From NCBI RefSeq assembly GCF_000195755.1, contig NC_002937.3, positions 180,001 to 212,000 of the forward strand: DNA of 32,000 nt, in the 5' to 3' direction. This document shows positions 1 through 6,985 of the stretch, one piece after another. The position numbers and the translations under genes are program-made. The first letter of the stretch is position 1. Every line of letters starts with the position of its first letter. Below the pieces are notes generated by a model that was given only the letters and a program-made list of their open reading frames with translations, had not been told where the DNA came from and did no database searches. Source of the DNA: Nitratidesulfovibrio vulgaris str. Hildenborough (lineage in GTDB: Bacteria; Desulfobacterota; Desulfovibrionia; Desulfovibrionales; Desulfovibrionaceae).

Positions 1-28
1 AGGGAGGAGTGGGAGGGTCGGGTTTCGG

Positions 29-436
29 TCAGGGTTTTGCCTCCCGTTCTTCGAGCAGGCGTTCGTAGACGTTTTCGATACGTTCGAGCAGTTCCTCGAC
101 GGGGCAGGGTTTGAGCAGATAGTCGCTGGCCCCGGCGCGCATGGCGTCGAGCGCGATGTCGGTGTAGGCGTGTCCGCTCAGGATGATGACCGCAGCATCG
201 TCGCCCCGGCGCCGCATGGCGCGCAGCACATCCCGTCCGTCCATGTCGCCCAGCTGGATGTCGAGCAGGACGACATCTGCCGGGTTGCCGGAGAGATGTT
301 CGAGGGCGTCGCCGCCACTCCGGGCCTCATCGACGTGGAGTCCGCGGTGGCGCAGGCGCCGTATCAGGGCGTCGCGGAAGCCGTCCTCGTCGTCGACAAG
401 CAGGATGCGGCAGTGGGTGAGAAGTTCGCTTTCCAT
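29..436 (-). CDS. Stand-alone response regulator receiver (CheY-like REC) protein, no output domain
   Basis: 135-aa ORF. Receiver signature: ILLVDDE acidic pocket, phospho-acceptor context VVLLDIQLGDMDG, conserved Lys in DYLLKP. GGAG lies 7 nt upstream of the ATG at 436. Last gene of the minus-strand cluster. Confidence 0.9.
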   Translation of the reverse strand: MESELLTHCRILLVDDEDGFRDALIRRLRHRGLHVDEARSGGDALEHLSGNPADVVLLDIQLGDMDGRDVLRAMRRRGDDAAVIILSGHAYTDIALDAMRAGASDYLLKPCPVEELLERIENVYERLLEEREAKP

Positions 437-579
437 CGATTTCTCCCGTGATGACGCCGGGCGGATGCTGCGTGATCGTTTTGTCCCGTTTTCTCGTCGT
501 ACCTCGGCCTGCGGCCAGCGTCCGTCCTGATGGAGGGGCGAGGCGCGGCCTTAAAAAATGTCAGGCTGGACCCTTCCGT

Positions 580-1389
580 TCAGCATGCGGCTGCCTGTGC
601 GCAGACGACATCACCCACCCGCACGGGGACTGATGCGTCGATGACGAGCACCGTGTCGTCGCGGTGGATTTCGCGTACCACGCCGTCGCCCACGAGACTT
701 CCGTCACGTCGCATGATGCGGCAGGCCATACCGCTGGACACACCCATGGCGCGCCCGATTTCGCAGGTTGCCTCGAAACCGTCACCCGTGGGCTTGAGCT
801 TGTAGATTTCGCCGCACCCCTCTTCTCGCAGCCTTCTGGCCCACAGGTGGCCCAGCAGGAAGTCCACAAGCGCAGCGAACAGGCCGAAGGGCAGAATGCA
901 GGCTGCGGTCACGAACGGGTCGCGGTCGAGCCACCGTTCGATACGTGAGAATGATGCTGCGCGCATGGTCTCGGCATCGGGCCAGACCACGACTTCGAAG
1001 ACGAGGGCCGGGTTCTGCTTCTCGCCGTAGGGGTCGCGTACGCTGATGACGTAGTTGCCTACCGTGGGCACGTCCCCAAGTTTCACCTCGCCGCGCCACA
1101 TCCCGCCGCCGAACCAGTAGCCGGAGTAGAGTGCCTGCGGTTGCAGCACCACCTGGCCGTCGCGCGAACCGCCGTCGACCACGAACTCCTCGACGCGCTC
1201 CGTGTTGGGCGGCATGGGGCCGCTGACGGAGTAGACGCCGCCGGGGATGCCGTCGATGCGGTTCACGCCGCGCTGCATCTGGGCCAGCAGACCATCAGCC
1301 AGCGAGAGAAGGCTCAAGGCCAGCAGGACCATGGCGATGCGGCTTGAGAACCACTGTGCCCGTGCGATGGTGACGCTGCGTTGCATCAT
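580..1389 (-). CDS. Uncharacterised bitopic membrane protein (TM, extracytoplasmic beta-rich segment, TM, small cytoplasmic C-terminal domain)
   Basis: 269-aa ORF. Its ATG overlaps the stop of the upstream ORF (ATGA at 1386-1389). Hydrophobic helices IAMVLLALSLLSLA and FVTAACILPFGLFAALVDFLLG. High GC3. I recognise no family. Confidence 0.7.
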   Translation of the reverse strand: MMQRSVTIARAQWFSSRIAMVLLALSLLSLADGLLAQMQRGVNRIDGIPGGVYSVSGPMPPNTERVEEFVVDGGSRDGQVVLQPQALYSGYWFGGGMWRGEVKLGDVPTVGNYVISVRDPYGEKQNPALVFEVVVWPDAETMRAASFSRIERWLDRDPFVTAACILPFGLFAALVDFLLGHLWARRLREEGCGEIYKLKPTGDGFEATCEIGRAMGVSSGMACRIMRRDGSLVGDGVVREIHRDDTVLVIDASVPVRVGDVVCAQAAAC

Positions 1390-1646
1390 GAAGGCTGCCT
1401 TTCTTCGTGTCCGACGTTTTCGTGTCCGGCGTCTTCGCTGCGGGAGTTGCGGAGAAGACGCTTGCCAAGCCAGCCCACGAAGAGGGTGGGGACGAGGGCC
1501 GTGAAGAACGTCTTGCAGAATACGGGGGTGAACTCGTCGGGCTGGAGTGAGGCCCTGTACATGGCGAGGAACACGCAGGCCACCACGAGAAGGTTCACTG
1601 TAAGTACGAGGCCCCTGCGGGCAAGTTCGTGTCTGTAGTCACTCAT
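1386..1646 (-). CDS. Small membrane protein (two predicted TM helices), unknown function
   Basis: 86-aa ORF. GGGAG lies 8 nt upstream of the ATG at 1646. Helices LVLTVNLLVVACVFLAMY and FFTALVPTLFVGWLG. GC-rich third positions. 4-nt overlap with the next gene. Confidence 0.6.
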   Translation of the reverse strand: MSDYRHELARRGLVLTVNLLVVACVFLAMYRASLQPDEFTPVFCKTFFTALVPTLFVGWLGKRLLRNSRSEDAGHENVGHEERQPS

Positions 1647-1665
1647 GTCTATTCTCCCTGTGGGC

Positions 1666-1691
1666 GGCGGGGCCGGCCATCCGGCCCCGCC
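1666..1691 (-). promoter_or_regulatory. Intercistronic GC-rich stem-loop (11-bp perfect stem, 4-nt loop) without a U-tail
   Basis: ggcggggccgg ccat ccggccccgcc read directly. It lies between the lipoprotein stop (1719) and the next start (1646). No T-run follows on the minus strand. Confidence 0.45.
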
Positions 1692-1718
1692 TTGCGTAGG
1701 GGGGGGTGTCTTTGCAGA

Positions 1719-2333
1719 CTACTTCTTGAAGATGTCGGTCTTGCTGATGTTCATGAAGCGGAGCGATACACCTTCGGTCTTGTAGTATACGCGCACTTCG
1801 TCACCGGCTTCCCATGTATGATCGGGCATCGAGAAGTACTCGTCGGGTACCGAGAAGGTGCAGAGCATCTTCTGGCGACCGGAGTAGATGGTGATGGTCT
1901 TCTTGTCGCGATCGACCATGGGGAACTTCTTCGCCGTATCGGTGGCCTTGTCGAACACCAGCGGGTGCTGCCTGTCGATGTTCTGCTGAAGGTCGATCAC
2001 GGTGATGGTGATGTCTTCGAACGCCTGGGTCTTGGGGTTGAAGATCTTCACGATGTTGGCCTTCGTGTCGAGCTTCATGCGCAGGCCGGCTTTGGGTTCA
2101 GGCCCCATCTCCGCCGGGTCGGCCGGCAGTTTGTAGGTGTGGGGCGGCAGGGTCGAGTAGTCGGGGTTCATGGGCTCTGCCAGCTTGTCCTGAATCAGGG
2201 TGACGGTCTTGGCCTGCTTGTCGAAGGCGATGACGCGTCCCTGGTCGACCTTGCCGTATTCGCCGCAGCCCACAAGGCCGAGAGGAAGGGCCATTACCAT
2301 CAGCGTGAGCAGTATGCGCTTGATGTTCATCAT
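1719..2333 (-). CDS. Lipoprotein of unknown function
   Basis: 204-aa ORF. Signal peptide with lipobox L-V-G-C (MMNIKRILLTLMVMALPLGLVGC). AAGGAG lies 3 nt upstream of the ATG. 19-nt gap after the permease gene. Confidence 0.8.
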   Translation of the reverse strand: MMNIKRILLTLMVMALPLGLVGCGEYGKVDQGRVIAFDKQAKTVTLIQDKLAEPMNPDYSTLPPHTYKLPADPAEMGPEPKAGLRMKLDTKANIVKIFNPKTQAFEDITITVIDLQQNIDRQHPLVFDKATDTAKKFPMVDRDKKTITIYSGRQKMLCTFSVPDEYFSMPDHTWEAGDEVRVYYKTEGVSLRFMNISKTDIFKK

Positions 2334-2352
2334 AGTCTCCTTTCGTGGGCCG

Positions 2353-3405
2353 CTAGTTGGCGCGCTTGCGGGCCAGTTCCATCTGAACGCCCTGAACCAT
2401 GCGGACGAAGATGTACAGCGACATGCAGGTCACGAGGCCAAGGACGAGTACGGTGGCACCGGCGTCGAGGAAGGCCTTGTACTGGGGCACCCAGGGCTGG
2501 ACGAGCTTCATCAGGATGGAGATGGCGCAGCCGACGACGGCGAGGCCGAAGGCGATGCGGATGCCGTAACCCTTGATGTACTTGGTGGCGACAGCGCCCA
2601 CCTGCGCACCCATGGCGGCACCGACGAGCATGATGATGGCGGCTACGAGTTCGGTACGACCCTTGTATGTGTAGGTCGCTGCACCGTAGAGGCCGGAGAT
2701 CATGACTTCGAAGAGGTCGGTACCGACGGCCACGTGGGTCGGGCAGCCGATGAGGTAGATGAGGGCGGGCATGCGGATGAGACCGCCGCCGATGCCGAGG
2801 ATGCCTGCGAGCCAGCCGGTGAGGAAACTCACGAAGATGGGCAGCCATGCGGAGCAGTAGATGCCGGCTTCCTTGAGGTGCACCATCGGGGGGATCTTGA
2901 TCTTGTGCAGGGCCTTGTGCCATTCGACGCCCGTGGCGCCAGCTTCGAGCTTCACACCCTTGGCCGCGGCTTCACGTTCCTTCTGGCGACGCTTGGCCAC
3001 GTCGTGGAAGACCATCCACGCGATGAGCGCGAGCAGCACGATGTAGATCCAGCGAACGACCTTCTCGACGCTGCCTAGCCGTTCGAGCCACATGACCATC
3101 TGTGCACCGGCTTCGAAACCGACGACCGTACCCACCAGCATGATCATGCCGAGTTTGTAGTCGACGTTGCCGAACTTGCCGTGGCGCATGGTGGAGATGA
3201 GCGACTTGCCCGCCATGTGCGCGATGTCGGTGCCGATGGCGAATGCCATGGGGAAGCCGAGGATGTTGAGGCCGGGGGTGACCATCCAGGCGCCGCCCAT
3301 GCCGAAGAAGCCGCCGATGATGCCAACGCCCACGCCCAGGATGATGAGGCCGGGCCAGAAGATCTTAACGCCCGCGATGGGCATCAGGATATACAACCAT
3401 TCCAT
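2353..3405 (-). CDS. TSUP / TauE-SafE family anion permease (two 4-TM repeats) with a roughly 48-aa charged central loop
   Basis: 350-aa ORF. Repeated glycine-rich TSUP motifs GGFFGMGGAWMVTPGLNILG and GILGIGGGLIRMPALIYLIG. GGAGG lies 5 nt upstream of the ATG at 3405. Charged insert HDVAKRRQKEREAAAKG... at nt 2863-3006. Confidence 0.85.
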   Translation of the reverse strand: MEWLYILMPIAGVKIFWPGLIILGVGVGIIGGFFGMGGAWMVTPGLNILGFPMAFAIGTDIAHMAGKSLISTMRHGKFGNVDYKLGMIMLVGTVVGFEAGAQMVMWLERLGSVEKVVRWIYIVLLALIAWMVFHDVAKRRQKEREAAAKGVKLEAGATGVEWHKALHKIKIPPMVHLKEAGIYCSAWLPIFVSFLTGWLAGILGIGGGLIRMPALIYLIGCPTHVAVGTDLFEVMISGLYGAATYTYKGRTELVAAIIMLVGAAMGAQVGAVATKYIKGYGIRIAFGLAVVGCAISILMKLVQPWVPQYKAFLDAGATVLVLGLVTCMSLYIFVRMVQGVQMELARKRAN

Positions 3406-3426
3406 GGTGTCCTCCGTCGTCCTTTC

Positions 3427-3723
3427 CTAGTGTTCCGCGAGATCGCGCGACTTCAGGTCGATGCCGATGTGGTTCATGATGATGTCGGCGATGACGCCGA
3501 AGATCACGCCCACGAGGGGAATCAGGATGATGGTGAGCACCGTGAACTGGAGATGGCTCTCATTGTAGAGGTTCGCCCACCAGGCGAGGACGCCGTCGAG
3601 TTTGCGCGTGTCGGCTACGATGACGACGGGGGCACCGCCGCCACCAGCGGCGAGCGCCGTGCCGGGCAGTGCGATGAGCATCAGCATCAGCGACCACCAA
3701 AGCTTGTTGAGTCTGGCCTTCAT
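3427..3723 (-). CDS. Small exported/membrane protein (signal peptide plus one C-terminal TM), unknown function
   Basis: Track ORF 3427..3756 trimmed to the internal ATG at 3723, which is preceded by AAGGAGGAAGAC. N-terminus MKARLNKLWWSLMLMLIALPGTALA-AGGGG. TM helix FTVLTIILIPLVGVIFGVIADII. First gene downstream of the sigma-54 promoter. Confidence 0.65.
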   Translation of the reverse strand: MKARLNKLWWSLMLMLIALPGTALAAGGGGAPVVIVADTRKLDGVLAWWANLYNESHLQFTVLTIILIPLVGVIFGVIADIIMNHIGIDLKSRDLAEH

Positions 3724-3886
3724 GTCTTCCTCCTTGCATGTTGCGTTCGGTGGCAAACTCCCGGCCCTGCCGGGGCGACCCTCTGCGGCCGGGTGCCACC
3801 CTGCCTCTTCCGCGTTCCGCCCTCTTGCCCGGGGCGGAGTGTTCCCGAAAAGCGTAAGACGCGTCGCGTCTGTTGCCTTTGCTTGA

Positions 3887-3901
3887 GCAATGGCCGTGCC
3901 A
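3887..3901 (-). promoter_or_regulatory. Sigma-54 (RpoN) -24/-12 promoter directing transcription leftwards into the 3723..29 gene cluster
   Basis: The reverse complement of 3887-3901 is TGGCACGGCCATTGC, followed by T. This is an exact match to the TGGCACG-N4-TTGCW consensus with correct spacing. It lies about 165 nt upstream of the ATG at 3723 and next to a divergent sigma-54 activator gene. Confidence 0.8.
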
Positions 3902-4042
3902 AAGCTGATTTTCGTGATGGCAACATGCTGAAATCGAAGGAAGCTTGTAAGAAGTGTTGCGCGATGCTCCGAAAGGAGTTACGCAGAAACAACACCTCTG
4001 CGCGATTCGTTCCGTCTGCGAAAACCTCTTTATGGGGGGGAT

Positions 4043-6916
4043 ATGCGCTTCTACCGGCCGCCCATCATCGGCAGCGTCTTCAGAACCGACCGCTCCGCCA
4101 GGGAGTGGAGCATCCCCAAACGGATGCTCCTTGTCGGAGTGCCGCTTCTGGCGGCGGTGCTGGCGTGTTTCGCCTTCGTCACCTACAAGGTGGGCGCGCA
4201 CTATCTGACGACAGCATATTCGCGGAATTCTCTCACCCGTGCCAAGGCACAGGCCCACGAGATAGCATCCCGACTGGAGACGGCCCGCAACGAACTGCTG
4301 TTCATGGCCGACGGCATCCTCGACCCGAAAAGACTTGCCCGCTACCTGCAAGGACGCACGGAGGCCGAAGGGCTGCGCTACCGCGAGATAGCCTTCCAGG
4401 GAAACGGGGGCAAAGACGATGCCTTCGTGCTGCTCAACACAGGGCGTGGGGTGGTATCCATACCTCCCGATACGGCCCTCGCCACACGCTTCGGCCCCTT
4501 CACGCGGCAGAGTGCGCCCACCGACCCGCAGCCGGGGCAGGTGTATCTTTCGCAGCCGCTGGAGGTCATCTATCCCAGTGTGCCGGTGCCCGGTGGCGTG
4601 CAGACTCTGCCTCTTCATGTCATTCGCCTTTCGACGCCTGTCTTTGCAGAGGACGGCACCATGCGCGGCATGCTGCTGCTGTCGCTGGACGTGGTGGCCT
4701 TGCGCAACGTGCTGTCACTCTACGCCTCGCAGCGTTCCCCTCTGCACATCTATCCGCAGGAGAGCGAGCGGTATCGCAGTTTCATGTTCGACCCCGCGGG
4801 GTGGATACTCTTCCAGTCGGAATCGCCCGACCTGCCCGATGCCGACCTCTCCAATGACGTTGTGCGGTCCGGATTGCAGGGCGACCTTGGCAGGACAGGG
4901 CTGGACATCGCCTTCAGGCCCGGGCCGGAGAATGAGAACTACTGGGCCATGGTGTCGGAGGTGCAGGCGGGACGGGCTGGCTTGAGCACGCTGGGTTCGC
5001 GCTTCGCCGACGCCGCGTCCCTCAACCGTTCCAGCTTCGTGAGTTATGTCCCCATCGTCTTCCGGGGCGGGCCGGGGCAGCTGCCCTCCGTGTATGCCGG
5101 GCTGGGGTTCATCGACACCAGCTTCATGGTCATGGCCTCGTCCTACAAGTTGGCGGGTGCGCTTTCCGTTGCCCTCGGGCTTGGGGTGTTCGTCATCACC
5201 ATCGTGATGGTGTCCATGGGGGTGCGCATTGCGCGCCCGCTTATCCAGCTTGCCAACGCCATCGAGAACAAGGCCGCTGAGGATGACATGTCACCCATGC
5301 AAGATGCGCTACTTCCACGGGAAGCGCATTTGTTGCGCAAGGGGGTGAACATGATCCTTGCGCGATTGCGTGAAGTGGTGCAGGCGTCGTCGTTGCATGA
5401 TGCGCGATCGCTCGCTGCGCGCAAGAGGCAAAAGGTCTGTTTTGATACTGAGCTTGCCGTGAGCGCCTCCGACATGCCCGACCCCGACAGCGAGAAGATG
5501 CCGGGCATCGTGGGGGTCAGCCCTGCCGTGAAGTCGCTGCGTGCCCTCATACGCAAGGCCGCATCCATCGCCGCCGACGTGCTCATCATCGGCGAGACCG
5601 GTACCGGTAAAGAGCTCACGGCAGAGGCGATTCATGCCAACAGCAGCAGGGCGAAGGGGCCTTTCGTCAGCATCAACTGCGGGGCGCTTGATGAGAACCT
5701 GTTGCTCGACGCCTTGTTCGGTCACGTGAAGGGTGCGTTCTCTGAAGCGAAGGGAGAACGCAAAGGGGCCTTTCTCGCAGCGGATGGCGGTACGCTGCAC
5801 CTCGACGAGATAGGCAACGCCTCTCCCAAGGTGCAGCAGGCCCTTTTGCGTGCCCTGTCGGTGCGTCGCATCAGGCCGCTTGGCAGTGACGACGAGATAG
5901 GCTTCGACGCCCGCATCATCGCCGCGACCAACGTCGACCTGCTGGAAAGCGCGGGGCAGGGGGCGTTCCGCGAAGACCTCTACTACAGACTGGCGGTCAT
6001 CACCATCAAGACGCCTCCGTTGCGCGAACGCCGCGAAGACATTCCAGCCCTTGCCGGGTATTTCATCAAGCTGGCGTCCGTTGAGACGGGGCGCACCCTC
6101 ATGGGGCTTTCACGTGGTGCCCTGGATGCCTTGCTGCGCTACCCATGGCCGGGCAACGTGCGCGAGATACGCAACGTCATCACCCGTGCCGTCGCCTTCG
6201 CCGAATCGGACATCATCTATGAAGAGGATTTGCGCTTCGGCTTTTCGGACGCAGGTGCCGAGGCTTCGGCCGAGGCCGACCCCGTCGCTGCAGAGTGGCC
6301 CGGTGTACCCGGCCTGTCGGGCATGCCCGGCAGCGTGACCGTCGCTTCTGCGGGGGGGCATCAGCAAGGCAGGGCGGGCACGGGGGCAGGACAGGGGGGC
6401 GAGGCCTACCCCGCCTCGGGTGGGGCGACCGGCATGACCGACGCATCGATGGCTGACGTCTCCCCGAATGGAGGCGGCGAGGGCGTTGGGGGCTTCCCTG
6501 TGGCATCGTTCCCCGCCGATGGCGGCGCCTTCGATGATGCAGCGCGTCCTCGTCGGCGTTCGTCCACCATGGGCAGGGGGTATGATGCCCCTCCGGCTGG
6601 CGATGATGCGGGTGGTGCGCCTCCTACGCGTGAAGTGGTGGAACGGTCCATGCAGGGTGATCGTGCAAGACCCGGTGCGGCGTTGCGCGATGCGGATGTT
6701 CTCGCCAGCCTCAACCCCCGACAGCAGTCGGTGTGGCCGCGCATCCTGCGCGAGGGTGGCATCACCCGTAGCGCCTATCAGCAGGCACTGGGTGCAGAGG
6801 TTTCGGTGCGTACGGCACAGTACGACCTTCAGGACTTCATGAAGCGTGGAGTCCTTGCCAAGGTCGGGCGTGGGCCTGCTTCGCGCTACGTGCTTATGGA
6901 GGACTATCGGGGGTAG
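4043..6916 (+). CDS. Membrane-anchored sigma-54-dependent transcriptional activator: TM, ~300-aa periplasmic sensor, TM, HAMP, AAA+ domain, long low-complexity linker, C-terminal winged-helix HTH
   Basis: 957-aa ORF. TM1 LLVGVPLLAAVLACFAFVTY, TM2 LAGALSVALGLGVFVITIVMVSMGV. HAMP-like RIARPLIQLANAIE. Walker A GETGTGKE (nt 5591). GAFSEA in place of GAFTGA (nt 5732-5749). Walker B LHLDEIG, RIIAATN, WPGNVREI. C-terminus ITRSAYQQALGAEVSVRTAQYDLQDFMKRGVLAKVGRGPASRYVL. The start could instead be the Met at aa 28. Confidence 0.9.
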   Translation: MRFYRPPIIGSVFRTDRSAREWSIPKRMLLVGVPLLAAVLACFAFVTYKVGAHYLTTAYSRNSLTRAKAQAHEIASRLETARNELLFMADGILDPKRLARYLQGRTEAEGLRYREIAFQGNGGKDDAFVLLNTGRGVVSIPPDTALATRFGPFTRQSAPTDPQPGQVYLSQPLEVIYPSVPVPGGVQTLPLHVIRLSTPVFAEDGTMRGMLLLSLDVVALRNVLSLYASQRSPLHIYPQESERYRSFMFDPAGWILFQSESPDLPDADLSNDVVRSGLQGDLGRTGLDIAFRPGPENENYWAMVSEVQAGRAGLSTLGSRFADAASLNRSSFVSYVPIVFRGGPGQLPSVYAGLGFIDTSFMVMASSYKLAGALSVALGLGVFVITIVMVSMGVRIARPLIQLANAIENKAAEDDMSPMQDALLPREAHLLRKGVNMILARLREVVQASSLHDARSLAARKRQKVCFDTELAVSASDMPDPDSEKMPGIVGVSPAVKSLRALIRKAASIAADVLIIGETGTGKELTAEAIHANSSRAKGPFVSINCGALDENLLLDALFGHVKGAFSEAKGERKGAFLAADGGTLHLDEIGNASPKVQQALLRALSVRRIRPLGSDDEIGFDARIIAATNVDLLESAGQGAFREDLYYRLAVITIKTPPLRERREDIPALAGYFIKLASVETGRTLMGLSRGALDALLRYPWPGNVREIRNVITRAVAFAESDIIYEEDLRFGFSDAGAEASAEADPVAAEWPGVPGLSGMPGSVTVASAGGHQQGRAGTGAGQGGEAYPASGGATGMTDASMADVSPNGGGEGVGGFPVASFPADGGAFDDAARPRRRSSTMGRGYDAPPAGDDAGGAPPTREVVERSMQGDRARPGAALRDADVLASLNPRQQSVWPRILREGGITRSAYQQALGAEVSVRTAQYDLQDFMKRGVLAKVGRGPASRYVLMEDYRG

Positions 6917-6985
6917 GCATGGCGCAGGTGCGCCACACTCTGCCGTGATTCTGGTTGTTGCGCCGGATGCAACGTAGGAGGGCAT

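Noticed and set aside
437-579. Possible terminator or promoter in the 143-nt gap before the receiver gene (T6 run on the minus strand at 553-558)
   Set aside because: I could not find a convincing stem preceding the T-run. Whether the receiver is co-transcribed with the upstream genes is left open.
688-720. PilZ-like motifs RIMRR and DGSLVG (RxxxR and DxSxxG) in the C-terminal domain of the 269-aa membrane protein
   Set aside because: The two motifs are directly adjacent, whereas canonical c-di-GMP-binding PilZ domains separate them by roughly 20-30 residues. This is probably coincidental. It is worth a structural check, but I cannot support it as a call.
3784-3798. Second TGGCAC-containing string on the minus strand (TGGCACCCGGCCGCA) inside the operon leader
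   Set aside because: The GC of the -12 element is one nucleotide too close (GG-N9-GC) and the TTGC is missing. The exact promoter at 3887-3901 explains the locus.
3181-4857. 558-aa plus-strand ORF and the 352-aa minus-strand ORF 3560..4618
   Set aside because: They cross the sigma-54 promoter region and overlap the permease or EBP genes out of frame. They are Arg/Pro/Ala-rich, and the real genes on each side have good ribosome-binding sites and domain signatures.
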